This document shows, piece by piece, positions 1 to 9,903 of a stretch of DNA of 32,000 nt. The position numbers and the translations under genes were made by a program. The DNA is from Nostoc sp. PCC 7120 = FACHB-418. Lineage in GTDB: Bacteria; Cyanobacteriota; Cyanobacteriia; Cyanobacteriales; Nostocaceae. The stretch spans positions 5,220,001 to 5,252,000 of the forward strand of contig NC_003272.1 of NCBI RefSeq assembly GCF_000009705.1. Reading direction: 5' to 3'. Within the stretch, counting starts at the first letter, position 1, and each line of letters opens with the position of its first letter. The notes beneath the pieces were generated by a model. The model was not told where the DNA came from, did no database searches, and was given only the letters and a program-made list of their open reading frames with translations.

Positions 1-104
1 AAGAAAATAATTCGTTCTCGGTATAGGCGATCGTAGATGCTAATCCAATCTGTAAATTGACCACCTGGCATCCGATACGGGACTTTAGGAACTCCTATAG
101 GCAT
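1..104 (-). CDS. clpP: ATP-dependent Clp protease proteolytic subunit, N-terminal fragment (gene runs off the left edge)
   Basis: The reverse complement starts at ATG (104-102) and reads [35 protein letters not shown], a typical ClpP N-terminus. It is absent from the ORF track because the window edge truncates it. It lies 79 nt downstream of clpR on the same strand, the clpR-clpP pairing known in cyanobacteria. Confidence 0.8.
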
Positions 105-126
105 TTTTTTGACTCCGTTTGTAATT

Positions 127-158
127 TAGTCATTAGTCATTAGTCATTAGTCATTAGT
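127..158. repeat. Heptamer tandem repeat (TAGTCAT) x4 plus a partial unit in the clpR-clpP spacer (STRR-like)
   Basis: Read directly: tagtcat tagtcat tagtcat tagtcat tagt. Confidence 0.9.
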
Positions 159-183
159 TTTATAACTATTGACTGCTGACTTT

Positions 184-846
184 TTAAAGAACACTTGCTG
201 GTAGTGGCGGATTTGCGAGTTCTTCTTTTTCAAAAACTCTATCAATCAAACCGTAATCCTTGGCTTGATAAGGAGTCATGTATAGGAGACGATCCATGTC
301 TTTGGTGATTTTTTCTGGTGCCTGTCCGGTGGTGCGGGCGAAAATATCAACCATTGAACCTTTGTTTACCAAGACTTCCCTGGCTCGAATTTGAATATCC
401 GTTGCTTGACCTTGGGCGTAGCTCTTGGGTTGGTGCAGGATAATTGAGGAGCTGGGTAAACTAGCGCGACAACCTTTTGTCCCAGCACTCAGTAACATTG
501 CTGCCATACCCATCGCCGAACCAATGCAAATGGTGTGAATTGGAGGCTTGATGTATTTCATGGTGTCATAGATGGCGAAGGCTTCAGTTTCAAAGCCGAT
601 AGGTTCGCCACTATAACCGGAAGTGCCAGTGGAGTTTATATAGATTTTAATTGGTTTGTCGGGGTCGTCAGACTGTAAATACAATAGTTGAGCGACTATC
701 AATTCCGTAACAGCAGGAACCAGTGGCATCCCCAGATAGACAATTCGTTCCTTGAGTAAAAGGGAGGGTAAATCTGGTGGCGGTGTCCTGTAGGAGCTGT
801 CACCGTAGTAAGGGGCTTGAACAGCCTTGATGGGGGAAATGTCCAT
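184..846 (-). CDS. clpR: ClpR, the catalytically inactive ClpP paralog
   Basis: The 220-aa ORF aligns along its length to ClpP. ICIGSAMGMAAMLLSAGTKGCRASLPSSSIILHQP aligns to E. coli [35 protein letters not shown]. The nucleophile Ser of GQAASMG is Gly here, while the HQP His is retained. Confidence 0.85.
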   Translation of the reverse strand: MDISPIKAVQAPYYGDSSYRTPPPDLPSLLLKERIVYLGMPLVPAVTELIVAQLLYLQSDDPDKPIKIYINSTGTSGYSGEPIGFETEAFAIYDTMKYIKPPIHTICIGSAMGMAAMLLSAGTKGCRASLPSSSIILHQPKSYAQGQATDIQIRAREVLVNKGSMVDIFARTTGQAPEKITKDMDRLLYMTPYQAKDYGLIDRVFEKEELANPPLPASVL

Positions 847-1096
847 AGCAACTGATCGCCTGATATTGTGCCGTTAACTGTAATACATCCTAGCGCGATG
901 CTAGCTCTCTTCAAGTGCGGTTTTCTCGCTAATTTAAAGGTAACAGAGCATCTGCCAACAGGTGGCTCCTAAGATATTCTGAATATATTATCTGAAATAT
1001 ATTAATGGATTGACTTTAATAAAGTTTTCCGTAGCGCTAATGTAGCGTTTTGGAGTTATTCATGAATGTATATATCCTAACCAGGAATTAAGGGTT

Positions 1097-2353
1097 ATGA
1101 AAGTTAATTTGCAGCCTGTCCTCAATGATGCCAATTTGGATGCACAACAGCCCAGTAGCCAGCGTCAGTTGGCAATTTCGATTTCGGCTGGTGCTGAACC
1201 GCAAGACCGTACTGTACCGCTTAATCTATGCCTAATTCTTGACCATAGTGGCTCGATGAATGGGCGACCGCTAGAAATCGTCAAACAGGCGGCAATTCGT
1301 TTGGTTGACCGTCTCAAGACAGGCGATCGCCTGAGTGTGGTAGCTTTTGATCACCGTGCTAAGGTCTTAGTCCCTAATCAAGTCATCGACAACCCAGAAC
1401 AAATCAAAAAACAAATCAGTCGGCTGGCGGCGGATGGTGGTACAGCCATTGATGAGGGTTTACGTTTGGGGATTGAGGAATTAGCCAAGGGGAAGAAAGA
1501 AACGATTTCTCAAGCTTTTTTGTTAACCGATGGGGAAAATGAACACGGTGACAACAGTCGCTGCTTGAAATTTGCTCAACTGGCCGCTGGTTATAGCTTG
1601 ACGTTGAATACTCTGGGATTTGGTGACAACTGGAACCAAGATATTTTAGAAAAAATTGCGGATGCTGGCTTGGGAAGCTTGTCTTATATCCAGAAACCCG
1701 AACAAGCGGTAGACGAGTTTGGTCGTCTGTTCAGCCGGATACAAACGGTGGGGTTGACTAATGCCTATTTGCTATTGTCCCTCGCGCCTAACGTCCGCCT
1801 CGCAGAACTTAAACCCATTGCCCAAGTTGCCCCAGACACAATTGAGTTACCTCTGCAACAAGAAACAGATGGCCGTTTTGCGGTTCGCCTGGGAGATTTG
1901 ATGAAGGATGTAGAAAGGGTGATTTTGACTAATATTTATTTGGGACAGTTGCCAGAGGGTAAACAACCCATTGCCAATGTGCAGATCCGTTATGATAACC
2001 CGTCCGAAGATCAAACCGGGCTATTCACTCCCAATATCCCCGTTTATGCCAATGTTGTTAGGGCGTACCAACCAAATATTAATCCCCAGGTGCAACAGTC
2101 GATTTTAGCCTTAGCTAAGTATCGGCAAACCCAGCTAGCAGAAGCCAAATTGCAACAAGGCGATCGCGTGGGTGCGGCTACTATGTTGCAAACTGCTGCT
2201 AAAACTGCCCTGCAAATGGGTGATACAGGCGCGGCGACAGTTTTACAAACCTCTGCGACTCAACTACAGGCTGGGCAAGATTTATCAGAAAGCGATCGCA
2301 AGAAAACCCGGATTGTCTCCAAAACCGTCTTGCAAGATACCCCTCCTAAATGA
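1097..2353 (+). CDS. von Willebrand factor type A (vWA) domain protein, copy 1
   Basis: 418 aa. MIDAS elements are DHSGSM (DxSxS), GGTAI and LLTDGENE. No signal peptide or TM segment is evident. The stop overlaps the next start (ATGA at 2350-2353). Confidence 0.85.
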   Translation: MKVNLQPVLNDANLDAQQPSSQRQLAISISAGAEPQDRTVPLNLCLILDHSGSMNGRPLEIVKQAAIRLVDRLKTGDRLSVVAFDHRAKVLVPNQVIDNPEQIKKQISRLAADGGTAIDEGLRLGIEELAKGKKETISQAFLLTDGENEHGDNSRCLKFAQLAAGYSLTLNTLGFGDNWNQDILEKIADAGLGSLSYIQKPEQAVDEFGRLFSRIQTVGLTNAYLLLSLAPNVRLAELKPIAQVAPDTIELPLQQETDGRFAVRLGDLMKDVERVILTNIYLGQLPEGKQPIANVQIRYDNPSEDQTGLFTPNIPVYANVVRAYQPNINPQVQQSILALAKYRQTQLAEAKLQQGDRVGAATMLQTAAKTALQMGDTGAATVLQTSATQLQAGQDLSESDRKKTRIVSKTVLQDTPPK

Positions 2354-3633
2354 AAGTTCAATTGCTCTCAGCGTTAAGTGATACTAATATTGATGCCAAT
2401 CAATTGAGCAGCCAGCGTCAATTGGCAATTTCCATTTCTGCTGTCGCCGAGCAGTTTGAGCAAAATTTACCACTCAATTTATGCTTGATTTTGGATCAGA
2501 GTGGTTCCATGCACGGTCAGCCATTGAAAATGGTAGTTGAAGCCGTAGAGAAGTTACTAGATAGGTTACAGCCAGGCGATCGGATTTCAGTTGTGGCGTT
2601 TGCAGGGTCAGCGACAGTCATTATCCCTAATCAAATAGTCGAAAACCCCGAAAGCATCAAAACTCAAATTAGAAAGAAATTGCAGGCTAGCGGCGGTACA
2701 GTTATTGCTGAGGGTTTACAACAGGGAATTACAGAACTGATGAAGGGGACAAGAGGTGCAGTTTCCCAAGCATTTCTCCTTACCGATGGTCATGGTGAAG
2801 ATAGTCTCAAAATTTGGAAGTGGGAGATTGGCCCAGATGATAGTAGGCGCTGTCTTGAATTTGCCAAGAAGGCGGCGAAAATCAACCTCACTATTAATAC
2901 TTTGGGATTTGGTAACAATTGGAATCAGGATTTATTAGAAACAATCGCTGATGCTGGTGGCGGGACTCTAGCTCACATTGAGCGTCCAGAACAAGCAGTA
3001 CATCACTTTAATCGCCTGTTTACAAGGGTGCAATCAGTGGGGTTAACTAACGCTTACCTCACGCTATCTCTTGCGCCGCAAGTCCGGCTAGCAGAACTGC
3101 GACCCATTGCCCAAGTTGCCCCTGATATTATTGAGTTACCTGTAGAACCGGAAGCAGATGGGAGTTTTATAGTTCGTTTGGGAGATTTGATGAAAGATAT
3201 CAACCGGGTAGTTTTGGCAAATCTTTACCTGGGAAAGCTACCCGAAGGACAGCAGGTAATTGGTAATGTACAAGTCCGCTATGATAATCCGAGTTTGAAT
3301 GAAGAGGGTTTGCTTTCACAGACTTGGCCAATATATGCAAATGTGATGCAGGCGTATCAGGCAGATTTCGATCCTCAGGTGCATAAGTCTATTCTGACAT
3401 TAGCTAAGTATCGCCAAACGCAACTAGCAGAGACAAAATTACAACAAGGCGATCGCTCTGGTGCGGCGACAATGTTACAAACGGCGGCAAAAACGGCTTT
3501 ACAAATCGGCGATCAGAATGCAGCCACAGTTTTACAAACTTCTGCCATCCGCCTGCAAGCTGGAGAAAAACTTTCAAATGCAGATTTAAAGAAGACTAGA
3601 ATTGTTTCTAAGACAGTTTTGCAAAGTTTTTAA
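2350..3633 (+). CDS. von Willebrand factor type A (vWA) domain protein, copy 2 (tandem paralog)
   Basis: 427 aa, roughly 60 percent identical by eye to copy 1 over the full length. MIDAS elements are DQSGSM, GGTVI and LLTDGHGE. It carries an extra insertion (about 10-12 aa; DSLKIWKWEIGPDD region) after the third MIDAS element. The C-terminal tail ...LAKYRQTQLAE.KLQQGDR.GAATMLQTAAKTALQ.GD..AATVLQTSA..LQAG......KKTRIVSKTVLQ is shared with copy 1. Confidence 0.85.
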   Translation: MKVQLLSALSDTNIDANQLSSQRQLAISISAVAEQFEQNLPLNLCLILDQSGSMHGQPLKMVVEAVEKLLDRLQPGDRISVVAFAGSATVIIPNQIVENPESIKTQIRKKLQASGGTVIAEGLQQGITELMKGTRGAVSQAFLLTDGHGEDSLKIWKWEIGPDDSRRCLEFAKKAAKINLTINTLGFGNNWNQDLLETIADAGGGTLAHIERPEQAVHHFNRLFTRVQSVGLTNAYLTLSLAPQVRLAELRPIAQVAPDIIELPVEPEADGSFIVRLGDLMKDINRVVLANLYLGKLPEGQQVIGNVQVRYDNPSLNEEGLLSQTWPIYANVMQAYQADFDPQVHKSILTLAKYRQTQLAETKLQQGDRSGAATMLQTAAKTALQIGDQNAATVLQTSAIRLQAGEKLSNADLKKTRIVSKTVLQSF

Positions 3634-3799
3634 TTCTATGCCTTATTAAATTGAGTATAAAGACTTGAAAAACAAACTAAGTTAAGTAATGTAAAAAAAC
3701 GAGGCTTTATTTTGTAGTAAGAACTTTATCTTTAACTGCAAAACTCTCATTATTTAACCTCTTCTACTTATTCTACTCTCTTTATTCCTGATTAATATA

Positions 3800-3990
3800 G
3801 GCGATCGCCTGTTTTTCAAGATGAGCGATACCTACAGCCGTGCTAACGCATCTCTCCACATTTCCAAACTGCGATCGCTAATTCTATGATGACACTGTAG
3901 GCGATCGCACTCCTCACAATCCTCAAGCGATACCTACCTTAAGCTACACTAACGCTGGTCTATGATGGCATTAAGGTGATCGTCCTTGTG
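3800..3990. repeat. Degenerate tandem duplication (two units of about 95 nt) containing three HIP1 octamers
   Basis: Unit 1 is taggcgatcgcc...tcaagatgagcgatacctacagccgtgctaacgc...tctatgatgacactg. Unit 2 is taggcgatcgcac...tcaagcgatacctaccttaagctacactaacgc...tctatgatggcattaaggtgatcg. Confidence 0.6.
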
Positions 3991-3992
3991 AA

Positions 3993-4205
3993 TTAAGCAG
4001 ACATCAAACGCTGTCTTGGTTCAGGAATTGAACGACCCAATTCTTGAGCAGTTTCTATCCATTCCTGCATAATAATTTCTACATTTTGCAGTGCTTCTTG
4101 ATAAGTTTCACCATCAGCAGCACATCCAGGTAACTCTGGTACTTCGGCTATAAATGCTTGATCTTCTTCACACCAATAGAGATTAATTTCATAACGCAGA
4201 TTCAT
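3993..4205 (-). CDS. hicB: HicB-family antitoxin
   Basis: 70 aa. EEDQAFIAEVPELPGCAADGETYQEALQNVEIIMQEWIE fits the HicB/UPF0150 pattern (PxLPGC...G.T..EAL). The start lies 1 nt after the hicA stop, with GGAG inside the hicA 3' end. Confidence 0.8.
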   Translation of the reverse strand: MNLRYEINLYWCEEDQAFIAEVPELPGCAADGETYQEALQNVEIIMQEWIETAQELGRSIPEPRQRLMSA

Positions 4206-4206
4206 C

Positions 4207-4455
4207 TTATTCTCCTAGTTCATATTTAATAATTACTTCACGAACTTGCTTTACCTGATAAGCTTTAGCTTTTCCTTGTTTGGACTGAAGATTCAAGATT
4301 TCTTCTATACCATCTTTTGTATATATATGATGGCTACCGCGAATGCGCTCATCAAACCCTAGTTTAATTAGTAGTTGACACAACTGCTCAAAGGCAATGT
4401 TTTTGTCTGATGTTCCTGATAATATCTTAGCCAGTAGTTTATCTATTTGACTCAT
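4207..4455 (-). CDS. hicA: HicA-family mRNA interferase toxin
   Basis: 82 aa, small and basic, with a GSHH motif (IRGSHHIYTKDG) typical of HicA/YcfA. The toxin-first order is typical of hicAB modules. Confidence 0.8.
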   Translation of the reverse strand: MSQIDKLLAKILSGTSDKNIAFEQLCQLLIKLGFDERIRGSHHIYTKDGIEEILNLQSKQGKAKAYQVKQVREVIIKYELGE

Positions 4456-4763
4456 CGACTATAAAATTTTGGATAAATTTACGGTTTTTACTGGTGACAT
4501 ATAATATTAGTCTTTAATATTATTCTTTAAGTAATTAGGCTCTTCCAGAGTGGTTATGATAAATTAATAATAAAAACAGGCTAAGACTCCTGCTATAGAA
4601 AGGTTATAGCAATACAAAATTAAAGATTTAATAAAAATACGCTTTATTTATTTGAATTCCATGCTATGTAATAATTTAAGCTGGTATTAAGTATTAATTT
4701 AACATAGCTAGTCTAGGAGAGCCAGTAATTATAAATTATCTAAATTTCTAAAAAATAAAAATC

Positions 4764-5271
4764 ATGGCAAAAGGCGATCATATTTACGTCAGCATTTACT
4801 CGAATAGTGCTGCTCCATATCATCATGGAATTGATTGTGGTAATGATACTGTTATTTATTACCACAATCAATTACAAAAATGAGAAAAATGGAATAATTC
4901 TTTGGGTTTCTATGAAAGATTTTGTTAAAGGTAGAAAAATTTACACAAGGACGTATAATAAATGCGATCCATCACTAGTTGTAGTTGAGAGAGCAAAGCG
5001 TAGACTTGGGGAAACAAAATACAATCCCTTTTATAACAACTGTGAACATTTTGCACGTTATTGTAAAGTAGGTATACCTATTAGTGATCAAGTAGAAAAT
5101 TATAAAAGTTTGGTAGGTAACAGTGGAATTGATGCTTCTGATGCTTTGTTGAACAATGGCAAATCAATAGTTGATACAACTCAAAATTTGATGAAAACAA
5201 CTTTAGATAAAATCTCCAATTTTTGGAAAAATGATAATGATGACGACGATGGTTTTTTTGAATATTATTGA
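4764..5271 (+). pseudogene. LRAT/H-REV107-like NlpC/P60-superfamily protein, split by a +1 frameshift at an A5 run (4876-4880)
   Basis: The frame from ATG 4764 reads MAKGDHIYVSIYSNSAAPYHHGIDCGNDTVIYYHNQLQK, then TGA at 4881-4883; this piece holds the H-box. The +1 frame (the 4807..5271 track ORF) continues ...EKNGIILWVSMKDFVKGRKIYTRTY...RAKRRLGETKYNPFYNNCEHFARYCKVG..., which holds the NCEHF catalytic Cys box. Removing one A from the run joins the halves in frame. Confidence 0.7.
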
Positions 5272-5286
5272 TAATTAAAAAATCAA

Positions 5287-5862
5287 TTACCAAATCATCC
5301 CCAAATTCAAAACAAAACCATTTAAAATATCTTCCCCTGATACTGTAACAGGAGATTCCAAAACCTCAACTTCCTTACCTTGTCTATAAATTTCTACTTG
5401 TCGGGATTTACGATTAATTAATAAACCTAACCGCACACCATTGTCTATATATTCCCTCATCTTTTCCTGTGCAACCTTCAAACTATCACTTGGGGAAAGT
5501 AACTCAATTACAAAATCAGGACAAATGGGGGGAAACTTTTCTTTTTGCTCTTCAGTTAAAGCATTCCATCTTGACAACTTTATCCAAGCAGCATCAGGTG
5601 AACGATCTGCACCATTAGGCAATTTAAAACAAGTAGAAGAATCAAAGGCGATGCCGGTACCATCAGCATCAGTCCAATTCATTATTTGTTGAGTAATTCT
5701 AGCGTTTTTATTTCCCGTTTCTCCCCCCGTGGGTGGCATGATAATTAATTCTCCCGTAGCAGTGCGTTCAAATTTCAAATCACGGTTTGCCTGACATATC
5801 TGAAAAAATTGCTCATCTGTCAATTCCAACGCTGGTTTCAGATTGATTGTTAAAGCATTCAT
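5287..5862 (-). CDS. Uma2-family (DUF820) PD-(D/E)xK endonuclease
   Basis: ELIIMPPTGGETG...AFDSSTCFKLPNGADRSPDAAW...PDFVIELLSPSD...YIDNGVRLGLLINRKSRQVEIY matches the Uma2 family, which is strongly expanded in cyanobacteria. I moved the start to ATG 5862 (MNALTINLKP) because the first 16 track codons overlap the chlH terminator hairpin. Confidence 0.8.
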   Translation of the reverse strand: MNALTINLKPALELTDEQFFQICQANRDLKFERTATGELIIMPPTGGETGNKNARITQQIMNWTDADGTGIAFDSSTCFKLPNGADRSPDAAWIKLSRWNALTEEQKEKFPPICPDFVIELLSPSDSLKVAQEKMREYIDNGVRLGLLINRKSRQVEIYRQGKEVEVLESPVTVSGEDILNGFVLNLGMIW

Positions 5863-5876
5863 AAGGATATCTCTGA

Positions 5877-5907
5877 TTAAAATATGAAGGCAGGCTTTAC
5901 GCCTGCC
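5877..5907 (-). terminator. Intrinsic terminator downstream of chlH
   Basis: The minus strand reads GGCAGGC GTAAA GCCTGCC followed by TTCATATTTTAA. The 7-bp GC stem (5889-5895 / 5901-5907) starts 10 nt after the chlH stop. Confidence 0.6.
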
Positions 5908-5916
5908 CATGTAATC

Positions 5917-8900
5917 CTATTCTATGCCTTCAATCCGGTCTTCAACTTCTTGGTACAACTCGCGGAGGCGGTCTAAATTCTCCTCGCTAGTTTCCCAATA
6001 ACCACGACCATTCACTTCCAACAAAGTTGAGACAATCTTGCGGAAAGAATGGGGGTTAAGGTTAAGTAACCGTTTCTGCATTTCTTCATCTTTAATGAAG
6101 GTTTCGTTAGTATCCTCATAAATCCAGTTATCGACTGCGCCGGCTGTCGCACTCCAACCTGTGGTATTTACCAACCGCTTGGAGAGTTCGCGGACACCTT
6201 CGTAACCGTGAGATAGCATACCTTCATACCACTTGGGATTTAACAATTTGGTACGAGCATCTAGGCGGACGGTTTCGGATAATGTGCGGACTTGGGCGTT
6301 AGCTGTGGTGGTGTCTGCAATGTAGGATGAAGGTTTCTTTCCATCACCACGCAGACTTGCTACCAACTTGGTGGGGTCTGAGTCGAAGTAGTGGGAAACG
6401 TCAGTCAAGCTAATCTCGGAGGAATCCAGGTTTTGGAAGGTTGCGTCAGCAGTTTTTAAGGTGCTTTCAAAAAGCTGGCGGGATTCGTCCATCATTCCGG
6501 GGTTATCGGAATTGAAGGAGAAGGATTTGCGCTTGAGGTACATTTCCTGTAATTCGGCTTCGCTATCCCATGTGCTGTTTTCTACTGCCAAGTTTATGTT
6601 TGAGGAGTAGGAACCAGAAGCGTTGGAGAACACGCGGGTGGCTGCTTGTCTGAGGTTAATACCCATTTCCTCAGCTTGTTGCAGTGCGTGTTTGCGGACG
6701 AAGTTCATTTCTAATGGTTCATCCGCTTCCGCCGCCATCTTCACCCCTTGGTCTAACAAGTTCATCTGGTTAATGAACAAGTCGCGGAATACGCCAGAAC
6801 AGTTAATTACTACGTCAATTCTGGGTCGTCCCAACTCTTCTAGGGGTATTAACTCCAACTTGTTCACCCGTCCCAAAGCATCGGGAACCGGACGTACACC
6901 AACCATCCACATGATTTGGGCTAGGGATTCGCCATAGGTTTTGATGTTATCCGTTCCCCAAAGGACGCAGGCGATGGTTTCTGGCCAATTACCATTGTTG
7001 TCAGCTTTGTTCCGTGCCAATAGCCGATCTACGACAATTTTGGCTGATTGGACGGCGGCGGCTGTGGGGATTGATTGGGGGTCGAGGGCGTGGATGTTTT
7101 TACCTGTGGGTAATACATCTGGGTTGCGGATGGGGTCTCCACCAGGGCCGGGTAATATGTATTCGCCTTCTAAGCCTTTGAGTAATGCGCCGAGTTCGTT
7201 GTCTGCACAAACTTGTTGTAAGCAGAATTCTAAATACTCGAACAGGGGTTTTAAGGCTGAGGTGTCAACTTTGGGATAACCTGATTGATGCAGGGATTCT
7301 ACCCAAGGTTCTTTTTTGCCCATGTTGAAGAAATTCAACTTGGAAACGAGGGAAACTCGTCCTTCTGCGTTGGTTTGTTCTTCTACCAAGGCGCGGACGG
7401 CGGCGCGGGTGGCTAGGGTGATGTCTTGTAGTAATTGGACATCTTCTAGTATGCCTCTGTCGTTATTTTGGTAAATTTCGTCAATGTCGCGCCCCAGGCT
7501 GTTAGCGATGATCCGGGGTAAGCTGAGAATTTCTTCTTCTTGACGGTCTAAGCTGGCAATGTTGACTAGTGTGGCGATCGCTTCCTCTGCCGTTGGGGGT
7601 TTACCAATGACGTGCAAACCACAAGGTAATAACCGGGATTCGATTTCCATCAACTTGCGGTAAACGCTGCCGACAATATTATCCCGTTCTTCGGGGGTCA
7701 TATCTTTGGCATCGGTTTCTGGCAAGTTAATATCTTTATCCAGGTTGACGATGCGGCATTTATCCATGATCGTGTTGACGATGGGGATACCACGACCGCT
7801 ATCTTTTAAGGTTTGGTAAGACGCAATTAACTCACTGAGTTCTTTCAAACCTTTGTACAAACCAGCGTTTTCCGCAGGTGGTGTTAGGTAAGAAATTGTC
7901 TCAGCGTAACTGCGGCGTTTAGCAATTGTCGCTTCGCTGGGGTTATTGGCTGCGTAATAGTACAGGTTGGGAATTGTGCCAATTAAGTTATCTGGGTAAC
8001 ATTCACCAGACATCCCCATTTGCTTACCTGGCATAAATTCCAAGGAACCGTGTGTACCGAAGTGCAGTACAGCATCAGCACCCCAAACTCTTTCTAGGTA
8101 AGTGTAGTAAGCAGCAAAGCCGTGGTGAGGACTAGCAGAACGGGAGAACAACAACCGCATGGGGTCGCCTTCGTAACCAAAGGTGGGTTGTACACCAATG
8201 AAGACGTTACCAAATTGCTTACCGTAAATTAACAGGTTTTGTCCGTCGCTGTTGAGGTTTCCTGGTGGTGGCCCCCAGTTTTCTTCTAGGCGTTGGGAAT
8301 AAGGTGTTAGTTCCTCATATTCTGGGACTGACATCTTATAAGCAATGTTGAGTTCCGGGCTAGCATACTGTGCTTGTGCGTCGTGGATGACTTGTTCCAT
8401 CAACTCTTGAGCGTTTTCTGGTAAGTCCTGCACATCGTAGCCGTTGTTTCTCAAAGCCTGCATTACTTCGTAGATGGAACCAAATACATCTAAGTAAGCA
8501 GCCGTCCCGACATTACCTTTATCAGGTGGGAAACTGAAAACTGTGATAGCAACTTTTTTGTTGAGTTTGGGTTTGCGGCGCAGGTTAGCCCATTTTAAAG
8601 CGCGTTGAGCAACTGCGGCGATACGGTCTTGTAAGGCGATCGCTTTTCCTGTTGTGCCATCTCTACCCGATAATATAATCGGTTCAATTGCCCCATCTAG
8701 TTCGGGAATGGCAATCTGCAAAGCCACCTGAATCGGATGTAAGCCTAAATCGCTATCCAACCATTCTTCAGTCGTTTGGAAGACTAAAGGCAATGCCACC
8801 ATATAAGGACGATTCAGGCGTTTAAGTGCGTCAATTGCTTTAGGATGGTCTTGTCTAGCCGGGCCACCCACCAACGCAAAACCAGTGAGAGAGATCACTG

Positions 8901-9903
8901 CATCTACTAACGGGGTTTTAGTCGTTGGTTCGTAAAAGTAAGCATCCACAGGCTTGGAGAAATCCAGACCACCTGCAAAAACTGGCAATACCCTTGCCCC
9001 TAAGGCTTCCAACTCCTGCACCATTGCCACATAATGGGCATCATCACCGGTAACTAGGTGAGTGCGTTGTAATACCAACCCTACACAGGGTGCTAAGGGA
9101 TCTTTTAAATCGCTGGATATATCCTTACGGGCTGTGTACCAGTTGAGGTATTCTCTGACATCCTCAAACATACTCGGCGCTAAAGGATGCCAAATCCCCA
9201 AATCAGGATATACAACTGGCGCTTCATATTCTACGGATGCAGAATTCTGTTTTTCTACTGCTTTTAATACATATTTATCAGTTAGCATCAGCAAGAAGTT
9301 TTCCAGATTTTCTGGTGAACCTCCTAGCCAATACTGAAAGCTCAACATAAAATTGCGAGCGTCCTGTGCTTTCTCCACTGGTAAATACTTCAGTACTTGC
9401 GGCAAGGTTCGCAATAACTTCAGCATCCCATCTTGGAATCCCGCACCGGATTTTTCTTTGCGTTTCCGCATAAATTGGGCGATCGCACTTTTCGACTGTC
9501 CCAACTGTGCCAGAGAAAAGCTGCCCATCTTGTTCAGGCGCATAACTTCTGGCATCGAGGGAAAGACAACGGCAACGTCTAAGCGATCGCGGTGTGGTTC
9601 TACTGCTGCAACTACTTTCTGTGCTAAGTCTTCGATGAAAATCAATGAAGCGATGAAAATATTGGCACCCTCGATCTCCCGCTTGAACTCTTCGTAGTTC
9701 TCTGGATCTCTCAGTTCCTCAATCAAATACCCACTGATTTCAATCGCCAGGTTGGGATTATTCGCGTTAATCGTGCGAACCGCTTGCGACAGTGCGCTCT
9801 GGTACTGGGACTCAAGCACGACATAGACCACCTTAATTAAATTACGTCCGCGCAGGTTATCAGGCGCAATGTGTCTAATGGTGGACTTGACGTGGGTGAA
9901 CAT
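5917..9903 (-). CDS. chlH: Magnesium chelatase subunit H (Mg-protoporphyrin IX chelatase large subunit)
   Basis: 1328 aa from ATG 9903. [38 protein letters not shown] is the canonical ChlH N-terminus, and the protein is CobN/ChlH-like throughout. The 21 extra codons in the track ORF are probably not translated. Confidence 0.95.
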   Translation of the reverse strand: MFTHVKSTIRHIAPDNLRGRNLIKVVYVVLESQYQSALSQAVRTINANNPNLAIEISGYLIEELRDPENYEEFKREIEGANIFIASLIFIEDLAQKVVAAVEPHRDRLDVAVVFPSMPEVMRLNKMGSFSLAQLGQSKSAIAQFMRKRKEKSGAGFQDGMLKLLRTLPQVLKYLPVEKAQDARNFMLSFQYWLGGSPENLENFLLMLTDKYVLKAVEKQNSASVEYEAPVVYPDLGIWHPLAPSMFEDVREYLNWYTARKDISSDLKDPLAPCVGLVLQRTHLVTGDDAHYVAMVQELEALGARVLPVFAGGLDFSKPVDAYFYEPTTKTPLVDAVISLTGFALVGGPARQDHPKAIDALKRLNRPYMVALPLVFQTTEEWLDSDLGLHPIQVALQIAIPELDGAIEPIILSGRDGTTGKAIALQDRIAAVAQRALKWANLRRKPKLNKKVAITVFSFPPDKGNVGTAAYLDVFGSIYEVMQALRNNGYDVQDLPENAQELMEQVIHDAQAQYASPELNIAYKMSVPEYEELTPYSQRLEENWGPPPGNLNSDGQNLLIYGKQFGNVFIGVQPTFGYEGDPMRLLFSRSASPHHGFAAYYTYLERVWGADAVLHFGTHGSLEFMPGKQMGMSGECYPDNLIGTIPNLYYYAANNPSEATIAKRRSYAETISYLTPPAENAGLYKGLKELSELIASYQTLKDSGRGIPIVNTIMDKCRIVNLDKDINLPETDAKDMTPEERDNIVGSVYRKLMEIESRLLPCGLHVIGKPPTAEEAIATLVNIASLDRQEEEILSLPRIIANSLGRDIDEIYQNNDRGILEDVQLLQDITLATRAAVRALVEEQTNAEGRVSLVSKLNFFNMGKKEPWVESLHQSGYPKVDTSALKPLFEYLEFCLQQVCADNELGALLKGLEGEYILPGPGGDPIRNPDVLPTGKNIHALDPQSIPTAAAVQSAKIVVDRLLARNKADNNGNWPETIACVLWGTDNIKTYGESLAQIMWMVGVRPVPDALGRVNKLELIPLEELGRPRIDVVINCSGVFRDLFINQMNLLDQGVKMAAEADEPLEMNFVRKHALQQAEEMGINLRQAATRVFSNASGSYSSNINLAVENSTWDSEAELQEMYLKRKSFSFNSDNPGMMDESRQLFESTLKTADATFQNLDSSEISLTDVSHYFDSDPTKLVASLRGDGKKPSSYIADTTTANAQVRTLSETVRLDARTKLLNPKWYEGMLSHGYEGVRELSKRLVNTTGWSATAGAVDNWIYEDTNETFIKDEEMQKRLLNLNPHSFRKIVSTLLEVNGRGYWETSEENLDRLRELYQEVEDRIEGIE

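Noticed and set aside
3905-3925. The motif ACTCCTCACAA, resembling the conserved ACUCCUCACAC core of the cyanobacterial sRNA Yfr1.
   Set aside because: There is one mismatch. It is not flanked by the expected 5' stem-loop and 3' terminator with a U tract. It sits inside a HIP1-containing degenerate tandem duplication. It is probably coincidental.
6623-9697. Four + strand ORFs (6623..6937, 6941..7279, 9062..9337, 9353..9697) inside chlH.
   Set aside because: They are antisense to a long, unambiguously conserved gene and have no recognisable motifs. They are probably shadow ORFs.
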